Origin: a virus
Taxonomy: Duplodnaviria; Caudoviricetes
IMG/VR virus record: IMGVR_UViG_3300038406_000132
Coordinates: 1-43,369 of that record
Reading direction: 5' to 3' (one strand)
Length of the DNA stretch: 43,369 bases
The notes beneath the pieces are model-generated. The model made no database searches. It saw nothing but the letters and a program-made list of their open reading frames with translations, and was not told the origin of the DNA. The translations under genes and the position numbers were made by a program. Shown here in pieces: positions 17,201 through 24,504 of the stretch (within the stretch, counting starts at the first letter, position 1; every line of letters starts with the position of its first letter).

Positions 17201-18367
17201 CTCGTCGCCGGGGAACACCTGTCGCACGAACTCATCGATCTGCTTGCCGGTCTGGTAGATCGACGCTTCATCTGGCGCGGCGTCGCTGCCTGCGACTTTC
17301 TTTGCGTAGCCCTGCACGATCCCGGCGAACTTGACCGGCGCACCGACGAGCGTTGTCCCGAGCGATTGCGCGGTACTCTCGACGCCCGCCCGCAAGCCCG
17401 TCTTGGTCGGCAGCGGCGATGTCCCGCCCTCGATCGCCTTGATACGGGAAAGCTTCTTTTCCCCGCCCTCGATCATGTTCCTGGCGATTTCGTAAGCCGG
17501 GTCGGCTTCCATCTGCTCACGGTCAGGCCAGACGCCCTTGATCTGCTCCATCAGCCGCTTGCCGTCAGCAATCGAGCTTTCCGCGTCGGCGCGCGTTTCC
17601 TTGATCCATTCGAGCTGGGCAGGATTGGGCTTGCCCTCGGGCTTGCCGATCACGCCGAAAGCTTCTCCGAGGACGCCGAGATCGGGACCGCTCTGCATAT
17701 CACGGCCCAAGGAGGCAGAACGCTCACGCGCAACTTTCACAGCTTCCTCAACGCTATCATAGGCATTGAACTGCTTGCCAGACTTGAGCGCTTGATTTAC
17801 AGCCCAGTCTTCGAACTCAGCGGTGCCGGGTTCATACGGGGGACGCTTCCCGTCCCAGATGCTGGGAATGTTGGTCGGCTTTCCGCCATTCAAGAAAGGA
17901 TGCGTTACGGTTATGCTTTCTTCTGTCGCCCAAGATCCATCCTTGCCTGGGATAAATGGACGCCCCGTAGTAGGATGGAGCTTACTAGAAAGGTCTTCCG
18001 TTTCAGAGGTGAAGTCAAACGCCGAGACGGGCTTGTCTTCGCGCGGCGCCTGGTACGGTGGCGACAGCGCCGGTTCACGAGGGGCTTGTTGCGGGGCAGG
18101 TGCGGCGGTGGGCGGTTCAAGGAAATCGAACGCGCCGATGCTTTGCAGCACGCCTGCCGGGTTTGGCAGCTTCGGCGTGAATGTCGGCAGGTCTGCCTCG
18201 GAGAACGCTGACTGCGGCGCGGGAGCTGGGGCGGGAGCGTCCTCGACCGTCGTATCGAACGGTCCCACCGCGCTGACCGGATTGCGCTCGGGCAGCGGCG
18301 TGTTCAGTTCAGACAGCCGGTCGCGCGCGCTGCGCAGGGCCTCGATAAAATCAACGTCATATTTCAT
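8210..18367 (-). CDS. large polyvalent / internal virion protein (3385 aa): PPase-like, 2 GNAT-like, ParB-like, 2 ART-like, zincin metallopeptidase, LPD38-like C-terminus
   Basis: IETPKG..HYGYIKG..DGDAVDIFLGP; IEVSRAKRGQG; LLDGNHRVAAA; YHGSPHDFDRFD..GRGFSF; VVYHAT..GFDGIVY..QIKSAIGNRGTFDP; HEVIH..EEAVA; NITVNFNRRG..YLFANPSIQG; last gene of the ejection module. Confidence 0.9.
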   Translation of the reverse strand: MKYDVDFIEALRSARDRLSELNTPLPERNPVSAVGPFDTTVEDAPAPAPAPQSAFSEADLPTFTPKLPNPAGVLQSIGAFDFLEPPTAAPAPQQAPREPALSPPYQAPREDKPVSAFDFTSETEDLSSKLHPTTGRPFIPGKDGSWATEESITVTHPFLNGGKPTNIPSIWDGKRPPYEPGTAEFEDWAVNQALKSGKQFNAYDSVEEAVKVARERSASLGRDMQSGPDLGVLGEAFGVIGKPEGKPNPAQLEWIKETRADAESSIADGKRLMEQIKGVWPDREQMEADPAYEIARNMIEGGEKKLSRIKAIEGGTSPLPTKTGLRAGVESTAQSLGTTLVGAPVKFAGIVQGYAKKVAGSDAAPDEASIYQTGKQIDEFVRQVFPGDEARADEFGQKLSHGVGSLTAFYGTGAIQTITRLGPKAFHLIAQSFPFLLGGTLSGSQHFEAATEKMKEGKDVSEADRAKATATGFALGLTEALPVTATMKAASTMKKGVTAAQKVKNVGTQAAVGAAEEGAQEFGQSVASDITAKEFYDPERKIGETAAEEGLIGTLLGGGARGTSTAISEVRGEKKAAKKKTPPPEDEAPAAEPEQEAAAEPETAFEEAEDEDIFEELPDDDTATAKKPAPAETESDLDEVATLVDTEPSEAQKEAGNYRKASVKLTPKGLGVKVAIETPKGAERRGVDADGKEWSATAQAHYGYIKGEEGKDGDAVDIFLGPDLKSQEVTVVNQIDPKTGKLDEHKILYGFKDQEAAEKAYRGSYSDKADRVGSIYTVPVDEFKGWLKDGDKRKEFAPAASDTKFALKKDAGSFTHEQNLFRAAWDESTQSLDGLVNRGFEGEAPAATRRASGFTGEARTTFDRLISDYKQILSAYESGDRDAAVTALNGAVETAAKLDKLDDSPKTRLFTQHARSMARQHLGVKADKDTRFALTRKPAKVAPEGAPDAETTVLDKSPAKSRKPSGADRGVAGEGTAGRSAVSEPVGPRGKLQGKDASQAPSNEAFEVPGFRGEFKDLSPVEGGLARRKYSLYPEGSGKTAKPVATMHVRQASNGRGFVYDVEAPGSGAKLYDQVEKHFGVKLQPSGLLTESGHKFWKKRDPETVKWHQWSAEEEMYLSPRQLLERREEGSATQEIDGLWEGLPAEAQIAAADGDAMFALSSRGKSDWETQLQGFLDGDFRNEWIDGDGFKAYVRKSERPDPNTDEVLPTLDIASIEVSRAKRGQGTFRDVLASAIETAKRNGIQAVYVENVLTDQFASFFRNAGWTEDGRFGPPSFHLRIDSPDQMFALRDPDRSPPTYRPEPSEDLKGEDINPLPILMLGKEAEGNSAFEDVIDRLLELPASPRKVRIGELISTQEAINPSVVEDYAANNITDTEDGAIRAIRAGGKYLLLDGNHRVAAAIRNGANEIDLHVVDGLNLDLPRFEAGIRSKKWIDELPVTTDADTMFALRGYHGSPHDFDRFDMSRMGTGDGDQAFGRGFSFSDSESLARTYRMAGGQGNLTLNGESIIDADIAELAAAKLDGTDAYGRTLDDLEGIAIEQVERSGGRADTQEYLDKVRAVKSGEVTGTGTLYTVEMDVEPKELLDYDAAIGEQADGIKSALVRAGLDASNPDVAKMNVREALAMLNRRGDSSTLLLDAGIPGIRYAETDPRAGARGTSNSYVVFDDSLVKITKKNGESVSAEERQGVVDQMFSLRGGQPAPQILTPEFRNFFKESKVVDEGGRPLVVYHATDADIQVFHSGTHFGTKQQAGDIIDFAERGQSLGEAGRGAVYPAYLSISNPIRAVDAGGMHHAEGIVHGLMEANAISWTERSSILQKTLDEDMSPDQAMAYVIDILKQRGFDGIVYLNRGEGIDKAKSLGRDDLFETSDADFLKVAPEAKDSWIAFDPTQIKSAIGNRGTFDPRDPRISYAIEDQPLSIGNGKNGYRLTAEAANNREKIFAEVEAEINRMAPGVKIRFKDLPQGVEGAYIKSLTSIFVALKANDPKAIGDHEVIHAVRALNIINDAEWSTLKAAAIRNDWLQKHNVPDEYGKRFNDLVQRGELTEEQALDQMYEEAVAWEFAEWRKGKRPASTVWQRLFQRLNAFINRIMRALKGQKIEAYEQVFETVAKGPEARQRDAARERMEAQNRSDLSERIIARIAGLSVEDAEAALDSAMARFARQGQTESERQPDSALIQHAIDTFGLTRDPDEAGYILPNGRMLDFSGRHQIGRGETSTGEAYTEDLVQGKRWIDHRVLSEVLPGYPVNNYIENTTPHMYDFMSKSHAMRYDNQGVANVVIRPTHSQLSALLRARRGAPLDVEVSDPETGDSIAHKAFDRPTLDGLNAFFNDAFGPNLSDAAFALTGRRNPTSAIGRAYEEFYDGYAGLEPESRRYMRNRSRSYFQRAAGAFGSQLQSIRNTWQDNFLPVRRLQEAQKREQNVDLPDDMQPYLREELYHSRLQTRIEDFEESHVEPLKKAIAESGIDLEQLEVYLYARHAEERNKQIASINPKMQDGGSGMSTADARIVLQSVQNSGKAKDYDRIAQMLYAINDAKLDSRVVYGLMTQDEADTLRKTYKDYVPLKGDPQHDAERTPANVNVPKGFSVTNKDMVRAMGRKSRAHDLISRSVQDYLETLVRGERNRVAQSLYEMLKAHPMPDVALIDTPKMKRFIDKRTGMQTALVANAPVQTAKQFREMVKEQSDPLSFLDPNTMSVVVNGERRSIRFLKPELRDAMMNVGITQGMGLMKAAWAFNRWIAMMATSLNPSFALPNFIRDFQAAGINLMAAGHKKAFRRVMSNSVRGMKAIIAVETGRGTGQWADLYREMRRTGGATGFYSLKDWERQQAQLARDVRLLRAGLLNPERRANALWKGFKDVVGGFNNIFENATRLAAYKIALESGLSKEKAASIAKNITVNFNRRGRLDSPASKMVLAMYLFANPSIQGSHRLSKAFKDATPGRRYGILASLVGLGAMTALYNVLIGAALGDDEEKNIYETTSDYDRANNWLFLNPFAERKEGVSGRDAVAFKMPMPYGYGAIVNLGRLLMEHAIYQNTDLLKEERTAGKTFGEMVSIAHGHFDPLGAHPNPLAAFSPTIAKPFVEMYTNTKFHGGPVYPMSFDPSEPDTDLSFRTTPDVYKQVARWVNGLGGGDEYHKGKLLGVETDFSPETLKHIWTFGIGGLGNEIARLYTMGERQYVTKEPIRLNDIPIIRRFVSDEVGYGYSNDYYAIRDEKMKPYEDVRRDAAKGSQAAKDILPNLELEKRLYAIYKKSDKLLSKYRKDIKANDKARDDGKVTTEAWAREQQDIYDLRQLATMRFMVEYYAERQMLDLERDKVTASNFKAKARSLINRRRERARYNISAIEQSIKGGDIHGKPPVTDLSKIKKLADKLREGGGLLSPIAEFVD

Positions 18368-18382
18368 GGAAGGTGGCGCTGC

Positions 18383-19198
18383 CTATTGAACGTCTTCAAA
18401 TATTTTCATCAGACTTTCGAGATCGGCTTTTTCTTCATCCGTGATCTCGCCGCTCTGGGCTTTGCCCGCCAGTTCCTTCACCATCTGCTGAAGGTAAGCG
18501 GAGCCGAACGGATCATCCTTGATCTGGTGGCCGTATTCGACAGCGGTCTTGCGCAGCGCGTCGGTATCGAGAATGCCGCCGCTGGAGTCCTTGACCATCC
18601 TCATCAGATCGTTGAATTTGACGCCCTTGCCAGACTTGCCGCCTTTCTTCGGAGACGCCAGTTTCGCGGCATCCGTCTGGAGCTTGCGCAGCGCCTCGGC
18701 GCTCGACTTGCTCTTCTGCTTCTCGGCCTGCTTGAGGTCGCGATAGCCCGCTGCGCCGCCGCTGATGCCTTGAGCGAGCGATGACCAGATATTTGCGCCT
18801 GGCTGCCCGCCGGCCTTGGTCATGGCCTGCCCGCCCTTAAAGAGCATCTCGCCAAGTCTCTCCTGCCAGTCCGAGCCTTTCGCTGGCGTGCTTGCTTCCG
18901 CCATGCGCTCTTTCAAAAGCAATCCGAGAGGTGTTTTCGATTCCTCGCTTTTATCGAAAGCCGTCATCCATGCAGACGGCTCTGAAGCCGGACTTGCCGC
19001 CTGTGAAGATGCTTGCGGCGCGGCCATCGGGGCTTCCGGAGAGGAGCTTCCTTGCTCATCGCCCCCAAACATGCCCATAAGCTGGAGCAAACCTTGAGGC
19101 TTCGTCTGCGCAAGCCCCTGTGGTTGGAGCGCGCCTCCTGACCCTTGCTGAGGCCAGCCCTTGAGGATTGAACTGAAATCGAATGCTGTGTTTGCCAT
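18383..19198 (-). CDS. internal virion / DNA ejection protein (271 aa)
   Basis: Position between the S74-bearing protein and the giant protein; Gly/Ala/Gln-rich, SSLAQGISGGAAGY motif. Confidence 0.7.
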   Translation of the reverse strand: MANTAFDFSSILKGWPQQGSGGALQPQGLAQTKPQGLLQLMGMFGGDEQGSSSPEAPMAAPQASSQAASPASEPSAWMTAFDKSEESKTPLGLLLKERMAEASTPAKGSDWQERLGEMLFKGGQAMTKAGGQPGANIWSSLAQGISGGAAGYRDLKQAEKQKSKSSAEALRKLQTDAAKLASPKKGGKSGKGVKFNDLMRMVKDSSGGILDTDALRKTAVEYGHQIKDDPFGSAYLQQMVKELAGKAQSGEITDEEKADLESLMKIFEDVQ

Positions 19199-19201
19199 CG
19201 G

Positions 19202-20017
19202 TCAAGCCGCCATTTTCTTGGTGCGTTTATCAAGTGCCTGGATGGCCGCGAGCATTTTTCCGAGCATGTCGGCCATGTCGATCTGAGAACCATCGCTGCC
19301 TTCGGGGAATTCGCGCGCGTAGTCCTGCGCCATGACGCCGGTGCGTTGCTCTGGAACGCCAAACGCCGCTTGCGCTTCCGGCTTGTAGGAATAATCCTCC
19401 GCTGGCATGGTCTCGAATGCGCCAAGCACAGCCTCGCCATCGGCAGGCGTCCGGTCCTCCTTCAGCCGTTCGTCGCTCATGTAGGCTCCGGCAGCCGTTG
19501 CCGCCGTTCCCACCACTTGCGATAGAAGGCTTGGTCCGGGCGCTGTCGTTTTCGACGTTTCTGTCCGCGGCGTTCCAGACAAGACACCTGCAAGCTGACT
19601 GGCTTGATCAAGATTATAGTTCTGACCGCGCAGATGCTCCGACTGCGCGGTGCGATCGGCTGACTCATAAGCCTGCGCATTGATCTGGTTGGCGACCTGG
19701 CCGATCTTGTCGTACATTGCGCGATCGGATTCGCTTTCGGCAACGCCGTGGCGCGAGCCGCCGAAAGCGCCAGCCCCGATCGCCTTGCTCGCAATATCCT
19801 GCTTACCGATCTTGTTGGCGCGGATGAGTTCCCCAACACTGTCTTTCAACACCTTATCAGTGTACGGATTCATGTACTTGTCTGTTGTCGAGGATGGATC
19901 ATAGGCTTCGAAGGGCGTGGCGTTGCCCTTGGCCTCGTAGAACAAATCCTCTCCGGCTCGTTCCATCCATTCAGGGATCTTGTTGACCTGTGTCGTGGTC
20001 TGCTTCGAGCTGCCCAT
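19202..20017 (-). CDS. ejection/pilot protein with C-terminal Peptidase_S74 auto-cleaving chaperone domain
   Basis: YMNPYTDKV and GAGAFGGSRHGVAE (podovirus ejection protein motifs); SDERLKED...GVMAQD...LAAIQAL (S74). Confidence 0.8.
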   Translation of the reverse strand: MGSSKQTTTQVNKIPEWMERAGEDLFYEAKGNATPFEAYDPSSTTDKYMNPYTDKVLKDSVGELIRANKIGKQDIASKAIGAGAFGGSRHGVAESESDRAMYDKIGQVANQINAQAYESADRTAQSEHLRGQNYNLDQASQLAGVLSGTPRTETSKTTAPGPSLLSQVVGTAATAAGAYMSDERLKEDRTPADGEAVLGAFETMPAEDYSYKPEAQAAFGVPEQRTGVMAQDYAREFPEGSDGSQIDMADMLGKMLAAIQALDKRTKKMAA

Positions 20018-20469
20018 TACCGGCCTCCCTCATAAAGAAACTGCCCGCCGAGAAAGCGGAATCCGTTGAGTTCCATGAACCTGTCCTTTGCCTGGCGATC
20101 GCCGCCGCCGATCAGATCAATGCGCAGCGGCATGTTGAGTTCGTCCGCGCGGACCTTGGCGGCGTCGAGCAAATGCTTTGCCGTGCCGCCCTTGCGATAA
20201 TCCGGATCGACGAAAAAATGCTCATTCACCAGGAATTTTTGCGTCCGATTCCACGGGTGATGATGTGGAACGAGCGCGATCACGCCGACGATATAACCTG
20301 CATCTTCCGCGACGATGAGAAACCCTGCCTCGACCTGATGCAACAGATTGTGCAACGCAAACGGGATTTCGTGCTCGGGGATGTCGAAATCCATCTCCGC
20401 GCGGGCGCGCACGAGGCAGGCTTCGACATCGATGATGTCATCGTACCGCGCCGGGCGAATTTCGATCAT
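20017..20469 (-). CDS. GNAT-family acetyltransferase (150 aa)
   Basis: Start MIEIRPARYDD with ATGA overlap; FFVDPDYRKGGTAKHLL motif A; the upstream part of ORF 20017..20889 is a spurious extension. Confidence 0.85.
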   Translation of the reverse strand: MIEIRPARYDDIIDVEACLVRARAEMDFDIPEHEIPFALHNLLHQVEAGFLIVAEDAGYIVGVIALVPHHHPWNRTQKFLVNEHFFVDPDYRKGGTAKHLLDAAKVRADELNMPLRIDLIGGGDRQAKDRFMELNGFRFLGGQFLYEGGR

Positions 20470-20720
20470 GACGATGCCGCCAGCACTCCGGCATTGATCA
20501 GTTCCTGAATCAGCGTGCCGAGCACGTCGTCGGTGACGGCAATGGTTGCGCCATTCGCATCGAACGTCTTGTCCGTGGTAACATTCGTCAACACCCAGCC
20601 GGTGCTCTTGACCTGTTCCAGTGATTGCAGGCGCTGCTCGACCGCGCGCAGGATGCTGTTCATCGTCTCCGAGTCGTATTCTCTCGGCGCGTCTTGAATA
20701 GGCAGGGGGCTTGCTGGCAT
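20466..20720 (-). CDS. small virion protein (84 aa)
   Basis: Coupled to both neighbours; LPIQDAPREYD..ILRAVEQ and LGTLIQELINAGVL. Confidence 0.75.
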   Translation of the reverse strand: MPASPLPIQDAPREYDSETMNSILRAVEQRLQSLEQVKSTGWVLTNVTTDKTFDANGATIAVTDDVLGTLIQELINAGVLAASS

Positions 20721-22507
20721 TATCTGCGTCCGTGTGGTGAGATGTCCGCACGCCAGAGACCTGCCCTGAAATCGCTGTCGAGTTCATCCGAGGCGATCTT
20801 GAAGGCGATCGAGCGGCCCTTGGCGCGGGCGGAGATTTGCGAGGTGCTTTCCCCGAAGCTGTACGGTCCTTTCGTGACCGAGCTTGCATTCGGGTCTGTC
20901 TTGGCGATAAGGGTGAGAGTGTGGTTGCCGGTCAGGCGCTGGAAATCATTGATCAGGCGCCGCACATGCATGGACTGGTCGCCGTTGCCGAGTTCCATAT
21001 CGCCGGACTGGAGGTAATAGGATAGCGCCGAGCCATTGGCGTCAGATCCGCTCTCCTGGAGAAACATCATCCCGGAATTGTCTACGGCCACCGGCTTTGC
21101 CGTGAACACGTTCTTGTCGAGCCATGCGCTCCTGGCGAAGTCGGAGGGATACCAGATGCGGTCCTTGACATTGTAGATGATCGCCTTGGTGTTCTGCAAA
21201 TCGCTGAGCGTCGGATAGAACCACCAGACCTCATGTTTATCGACCACAGTACCTGACGCGACCTTGAACGCCTGCACGAGATTGAGATTATCGAACACTT
21301 CATCCTGAAGATCGCATTCGATTTCGCGCACCGCGCCATCGAACATGAAGAACCGGCCGCGGCCCATCCAGAAGGCGAGATCGTTGAACGTCACTCCGGC
21401 ATGCGGACTGAGCATTCCGCAGCGCTCACCGACCTTGCGGATGCCGAACGTAAATGGCGGGCCGGTGAAGGTCATGATATGGGCGGAAAAGTCTGTAACG
21501 ATGAGGCGGCCGAAACGCGTCGAGATCGAGCCCACAATATCGTTGCCGGACTCGATCAGCTTGTCGCCGGCCGTATTCGTGGCGCTTGCCGTCCAGGTCG
21601 TCAGCGTTTCCTGATCGGCCCATGCGGTCAGGAGCGGGTCTTGCGCCGAACCATCGTGCGCGCCGAGCGCCACGATGTGGCGTGTGTCCTGAGAGACATA
21701 GAGACCGTTGACGACGGATGGAGAGTTCGAGATCGCCGCTGCGCGTGTGCTGGTCCCTGCAGACGCATCCCAGTGATACATCGCGCCGCCCCAATAGGTG
21801 GCGACCAGATCCTCGCCCCAATTGTCGAGCGTCCAGATGCGGAAGGCGAGCGTTCCGGCCAGCGTTGGGACCGAGCCGCCCCACGGGCCTTCGTCCCACG
21901 TTCCCTCGCCCCAGGCCAGCGTCTCGACCGTCTCGGTGCTTTCATCGAGGCCGATGGTGATTTCATACTCGTAATCGACGGTTCCACCGCCACCGCTGAC
22001 CGTGGATGTTGCGGCAGATGAATGCTCGATCGTATAACTGTTAGCGCCCGGAACTGTCGTAACGACATAAGCCCCGTCGATGGTAATTCCGCCAACTGCC
22101 GTGGCATTGTCGAAGATGACCGTATCGCCGACCGCCGTGCCGTGCCCTGTGTCGTTTACGGTGACGGTCTCGTCCGTGTCGACCGTATCGAACGGATCGG
22201 TGAGCTGGCCGCTTTCCCGGATCGGCGTGATGTCGTAGAGGGTATCGTTATCGTCATAGAGCCAGAGCTTGCGCCGCGTGCCGAAGGCGAAATAGGCTGT
22301 GCCGTCCAGCGTGCGCCAGACATGCGCGCCGCGCGCCGGGTCTGCGAGATCGGCGCTGGATTCCGATAGTTCGACATAGCCGCCGATCTTCTCCGGAAAG
22401 CGCTTGAAGAAACGGACATTGTTGCCATCGACATACCGATTGCGCGATGCATAGGCACTGTCTTCCTTGATGATGCCGGGCGGTATGTCAAGCGGTGTCA
22501 GGCTCAT
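20720..22507 (-). CDS. tail tubular protein B / nozzle (P22 gp10-like), 595 aa
   Basis: WTLDNWGEDLV, WADQE, GPPFTFG, EVWWFYP and WLDKNVF; beta-rich; position in the tail module. Confidence 0.8.
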   Translation of the reverse strand: MSLTPLDIPPGIIKEDSAYASRNRYVDGNNVRFFKRFPEKIGGYVELSESSADLADPARGAHVWRTLDGTAYFAFGTRRKLWLYDDNDTLYDITPIRESGQLTDPFDTVDTDETVTVNDTGHGTAVGDTVIFDNATAVGGITIDGAYVVTTVPGANSYTIEHSSAATSTVSGGGGTVDYEYEITIGLDESTETVETLAWGEGTWDEGPWGGSVPTLAGTLAFRIWTLDNWGEDLVATYWGGAMYHWDASAGTSTRAAAISNSPSVVNGLYVSQDTRHIVALGAHDGSAQDPLLTAWADQETLTTWTASATNTAGDKLIESGNDIVGSISTRFGRLIVTDFSAHIMTFTGPPFTFGIRKVGERCGMLSPHAGVTFNDLAFWMGRGRFFMFDGAVREIECDLQDEVFDNLNLVQAFKVASGTVVDKHEVWWFYPTLSDLQNTKAIIYNVKDRIWYPSDFARSAWLDKNVFTAKPVAVDNSGMMFLQESGSDANGSALSYYLQSGDMELGNGDQSMHVRRLINDFQRLTGNHTLTLIAKTDPNASSVTKGPYSFGESTSQISARAKGRSIAFKIASDELDSDFRAGLWRADISPHGRR

Positions 22508-22519
22508 TTTATCTGGTGC

Positions 22520-22548
22520 TTGCTTTCATGGGGAAAGGTTTGTAAGGT
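22520..22548 (+). promoter_or_regulatory. putative sigma70 promoter
   Basis: TTGCTT-17-TAAGGT upstream of ATG 22575. Confidence 0.4.
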
Positions 22549-22574
22549 TGTTCACGCGTGTAGTGGGGGACATC

Positions 22575-22703
22575 ATGAAACATGAATGGAGTTTAAAAGA
22601 CAACGAGCTGGTAATCCATCCGCCTCGCTATCGGCTTTTTGTGGCATCGATAGTATTAAATATTGTTTTTTGTGTCGTTTTTTTAGCCTTACTTATCAAG
22701 TAG
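22575..22703 (+). CDS. 42-aa single-TM peptide (antisense moron)
   Basis: GGGGGA SD; MKHEWSLKDNELVIHPPRYRLFVASIVLNIVFCVVFLALLIK; AT-rich and fills the gap between tail genes. Confidence 0.55.
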   Translation: MKHEWSLKDNELVIHPPRYRLFVASIVLNIVFCVVFLALLIK

Positions 22704-22723
22704 CCCGTCAAGCAAAGCGTTGG

Positions 22724-23227
22724 TCAGTGAAGATCGGGCCAGACGTGTTTCAGAGCCAGCGGCGTTTCAGCGCGCCGGACACGCTCTCTCCACCGCGCCC
22801 ATTGCAGATCAAGCCGCTTGACTTCTGCAAATCGCTTCAAATGATTCATCTGAATACGCTTGGCCTTTTTCATGTCGATGACAATCGGGCCGCCATTGTG
22901 GGACCGTTGCCAGGCGTACCGAAACCATCTATCCGGCAAGTCCGATGGCTTCACGCGCTCATGCGCCGTTCCGTTGGCGCAATCCCGGTCTCGCAGAACT
23001 TCAAACGCTTCGGCCTCGGTAAGACCGCCAAACGCGGCCGCCTTCACATACCGCCGCACCGCGAATTCAGGTAGACCCGCTGCAATCTGCCGTTCGATCT
23101 GTTCATCCATGAAGCTCTGTGACTGGTCACAAAACCCGCCGTTCTGCATTGCGGCGAGCACTTCTTTCGGTAGATGGCAGATCGTCACGGTGCCGCCTGG
23201 ATCGGTGTAGATAATCACATCGTTCAT
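22724..23227 (-). CDS. putative tail fibre assembly/accessory protein (167 aa)
   Basis: Overlaps the fibre gene stop; DLPDRWFRYAW..IVIDMKKAKRI..LKHVWP pattern. Confidence 0.65.
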   Translation of the reverse strand: MNDVIIYTDPGGTVTICHLPKEVLAAMQNGGFCDQSQSFMDEQIERQIAAGLPEFAVRRYVKAAAFGGLTEAEAFEVLRDRDCANGTAHERVKPSDLPDRWFRYAWQRSHNGGPIVIDMKKAKRIQMNHLKRFAEVKRLDLQWARWRERVRRAETPLALKHVWPDLH

Positions 23228-24063
23228 AAATCACCAAAGAAGGCGATACTTGCATCAGTGCTATCCTCGGCCGTGAATACCGCATCATTGAAAATGAAGG
23301 CCGCCATCACCAACTGTGTTGTTGATTTCGTGGCGGCTGACGTTCTGATGAAGACAGCCCCTCGGCTAGCGGTTTCCGGATGTCCCCCTGTCACATATCC
23401 ATATTCCGCATCAGAAAATGCTGTCGCAAGCGTTATAGTCGTAGTGCCGGTTCCGCCGTCCGCAACCGAAGTGATGCCGTGGCTCCGGTTTAATGCCTGC
23501 GACCCGGACAGATCGATATTTGCCCATGCCTTCACATGCCCCGGATGGAAATGCTGCCTGCCTGGTGTGACGGCCAAAACAACGCTGGTTCCGGTCTCCA
23601 TCTCGGACTGGACAGCAAGTTCAATTAGACCCGCGACCGTATCGGATGCGCTGGGGACGGTATCTTCGCCAACAAGAACGCAGTCTGTCCCATCGCATTT
23701 GACTTGCCAAACTTCGCCTTGTGTGACAACCGCGCCGGTCCCGCCGGACACTTCGACCGTGACGGTAAAGCTGCCGCTCGTGCTGTTGTCTACGACATAG
23801 AGCTTGGAGACTGCAGGGATGCGGATCGTGGCGTTGGACGCAAGCGTGCCGGTTACTTCGAGAATAGCGGCGCGGGCTTCATCGGATGTAAAATTGTTTG
23901 ATGTCAGAGTGGTCGTGCCGCCCGTAGTGGCGACAGCCGTAGATCCAGCAACCGCTTCATCGACGCGGTCGAGGACCGCCGTCATCTTCGGACCCCAGGT
24001 TCCGTCGTTCTCGCCATCAGCCATTTTCTCAAGGCGAAGGCGTGTTGTTGCGGTTGATGCCAT
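23224..24063 (-). CDS. short tail fibre protein 1 (279 aa)
   Basis: MASTATTRLRLEK N-terminus shared with 4658..6568; TVAGLIELAVQSE..AVTP and VKAWANI..GITSVADGGTG fibre motifs. Confidence 0.8.
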   Translation of the reverse strand: MASTATTRLRLEKMADGENDGTWGPKMTAVLDRVDEAVAGSTAVATTGGTTTLTSNNFTSDEARAAILEVTGTLASNATIRIPAVSKLYVVDNSTSGSFTVTVEVSGGTGAVVTQGEVWQVKCDGTDCVLVGEDTVPSASDTVAGLIELAVQSEMETGTSVVLAVTPGRQHFHPGHVKAWANIDLSGSQALNRSHGITSVADGGTGTTTITLATAFSDAEYGYVTGGHPETASRGAVFIRTSAATKSTTQLVMAAFIFNDAVFTAEDSTDASIAFFGDL

Positions 24064-24075
24064 GTGTGATTGGTC

Positions 24076-24501
24076 CTATAGGAGGCGGAGCGTGGCGGGA
24101 AGGCTGGTCGGGAATGACACGGTGAAGGTGCCATTCGATACGGCGCGCAGCGACCCGAATGAGAGCACGGCAACGGCGCGGTCGGATTTCGACGAATTGT
24201 AGATCAGCGCGCCGTCTGCGGAGAATGTCGCGGATGTCCAGGCTTCGGAGTCGAAGCGAACCTCGACCTGATTGCTGGAATTCAACTGCGGGTAGTCTGT
24301 GGTGATGGCGAGAGCCTGGCCGCCGGCGGTGTAGCCGGTTCCGGTGATTTCGCCGGTCGTCGTGTAGGCTGTCGTGTCAGCATCGAGCGATGCGGTCGCG
24401 CTGTTATAGAGCGCCAGCTTGAATGTATCGCTGTCGAAATCATGGATTGCCTGCCAGCTTTCCAGCTTGAAGGATGCGCAGGTCGTCTGTGTTATCGCCA
24501 T
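24076..24501 (-). CDS. conserved virion structural protein (141 aa)
   Basis: SFK..HDF..DTFKLALY..TTAYTTTGEITGTGYTAGG..GALIYN motif set. Confidence 0.8.
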   Translation of the reverse strand: MAITQTTCASFKLESWQAIHDFDSDTFKLALYNSATASLDADTTAYTTTGEITGTGYTAGGQALAITTDYPQLNSSNQVEVRFDSEAWTSATFSADGALIYNSSKSDRAVAVLSFGSLRAVSNGTFTVSFPTSLPATLRLL

Positions 24502-24504
24502 CGG

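Noticed and set aside
20470-20889. N-terminal extensions given in the ORF track (20017..20889, 26572..27447, 39688..40137, 450..923)
   Set aside because: They overlap better-supported genes or promoters; internal starts have SD or stop-start coupling
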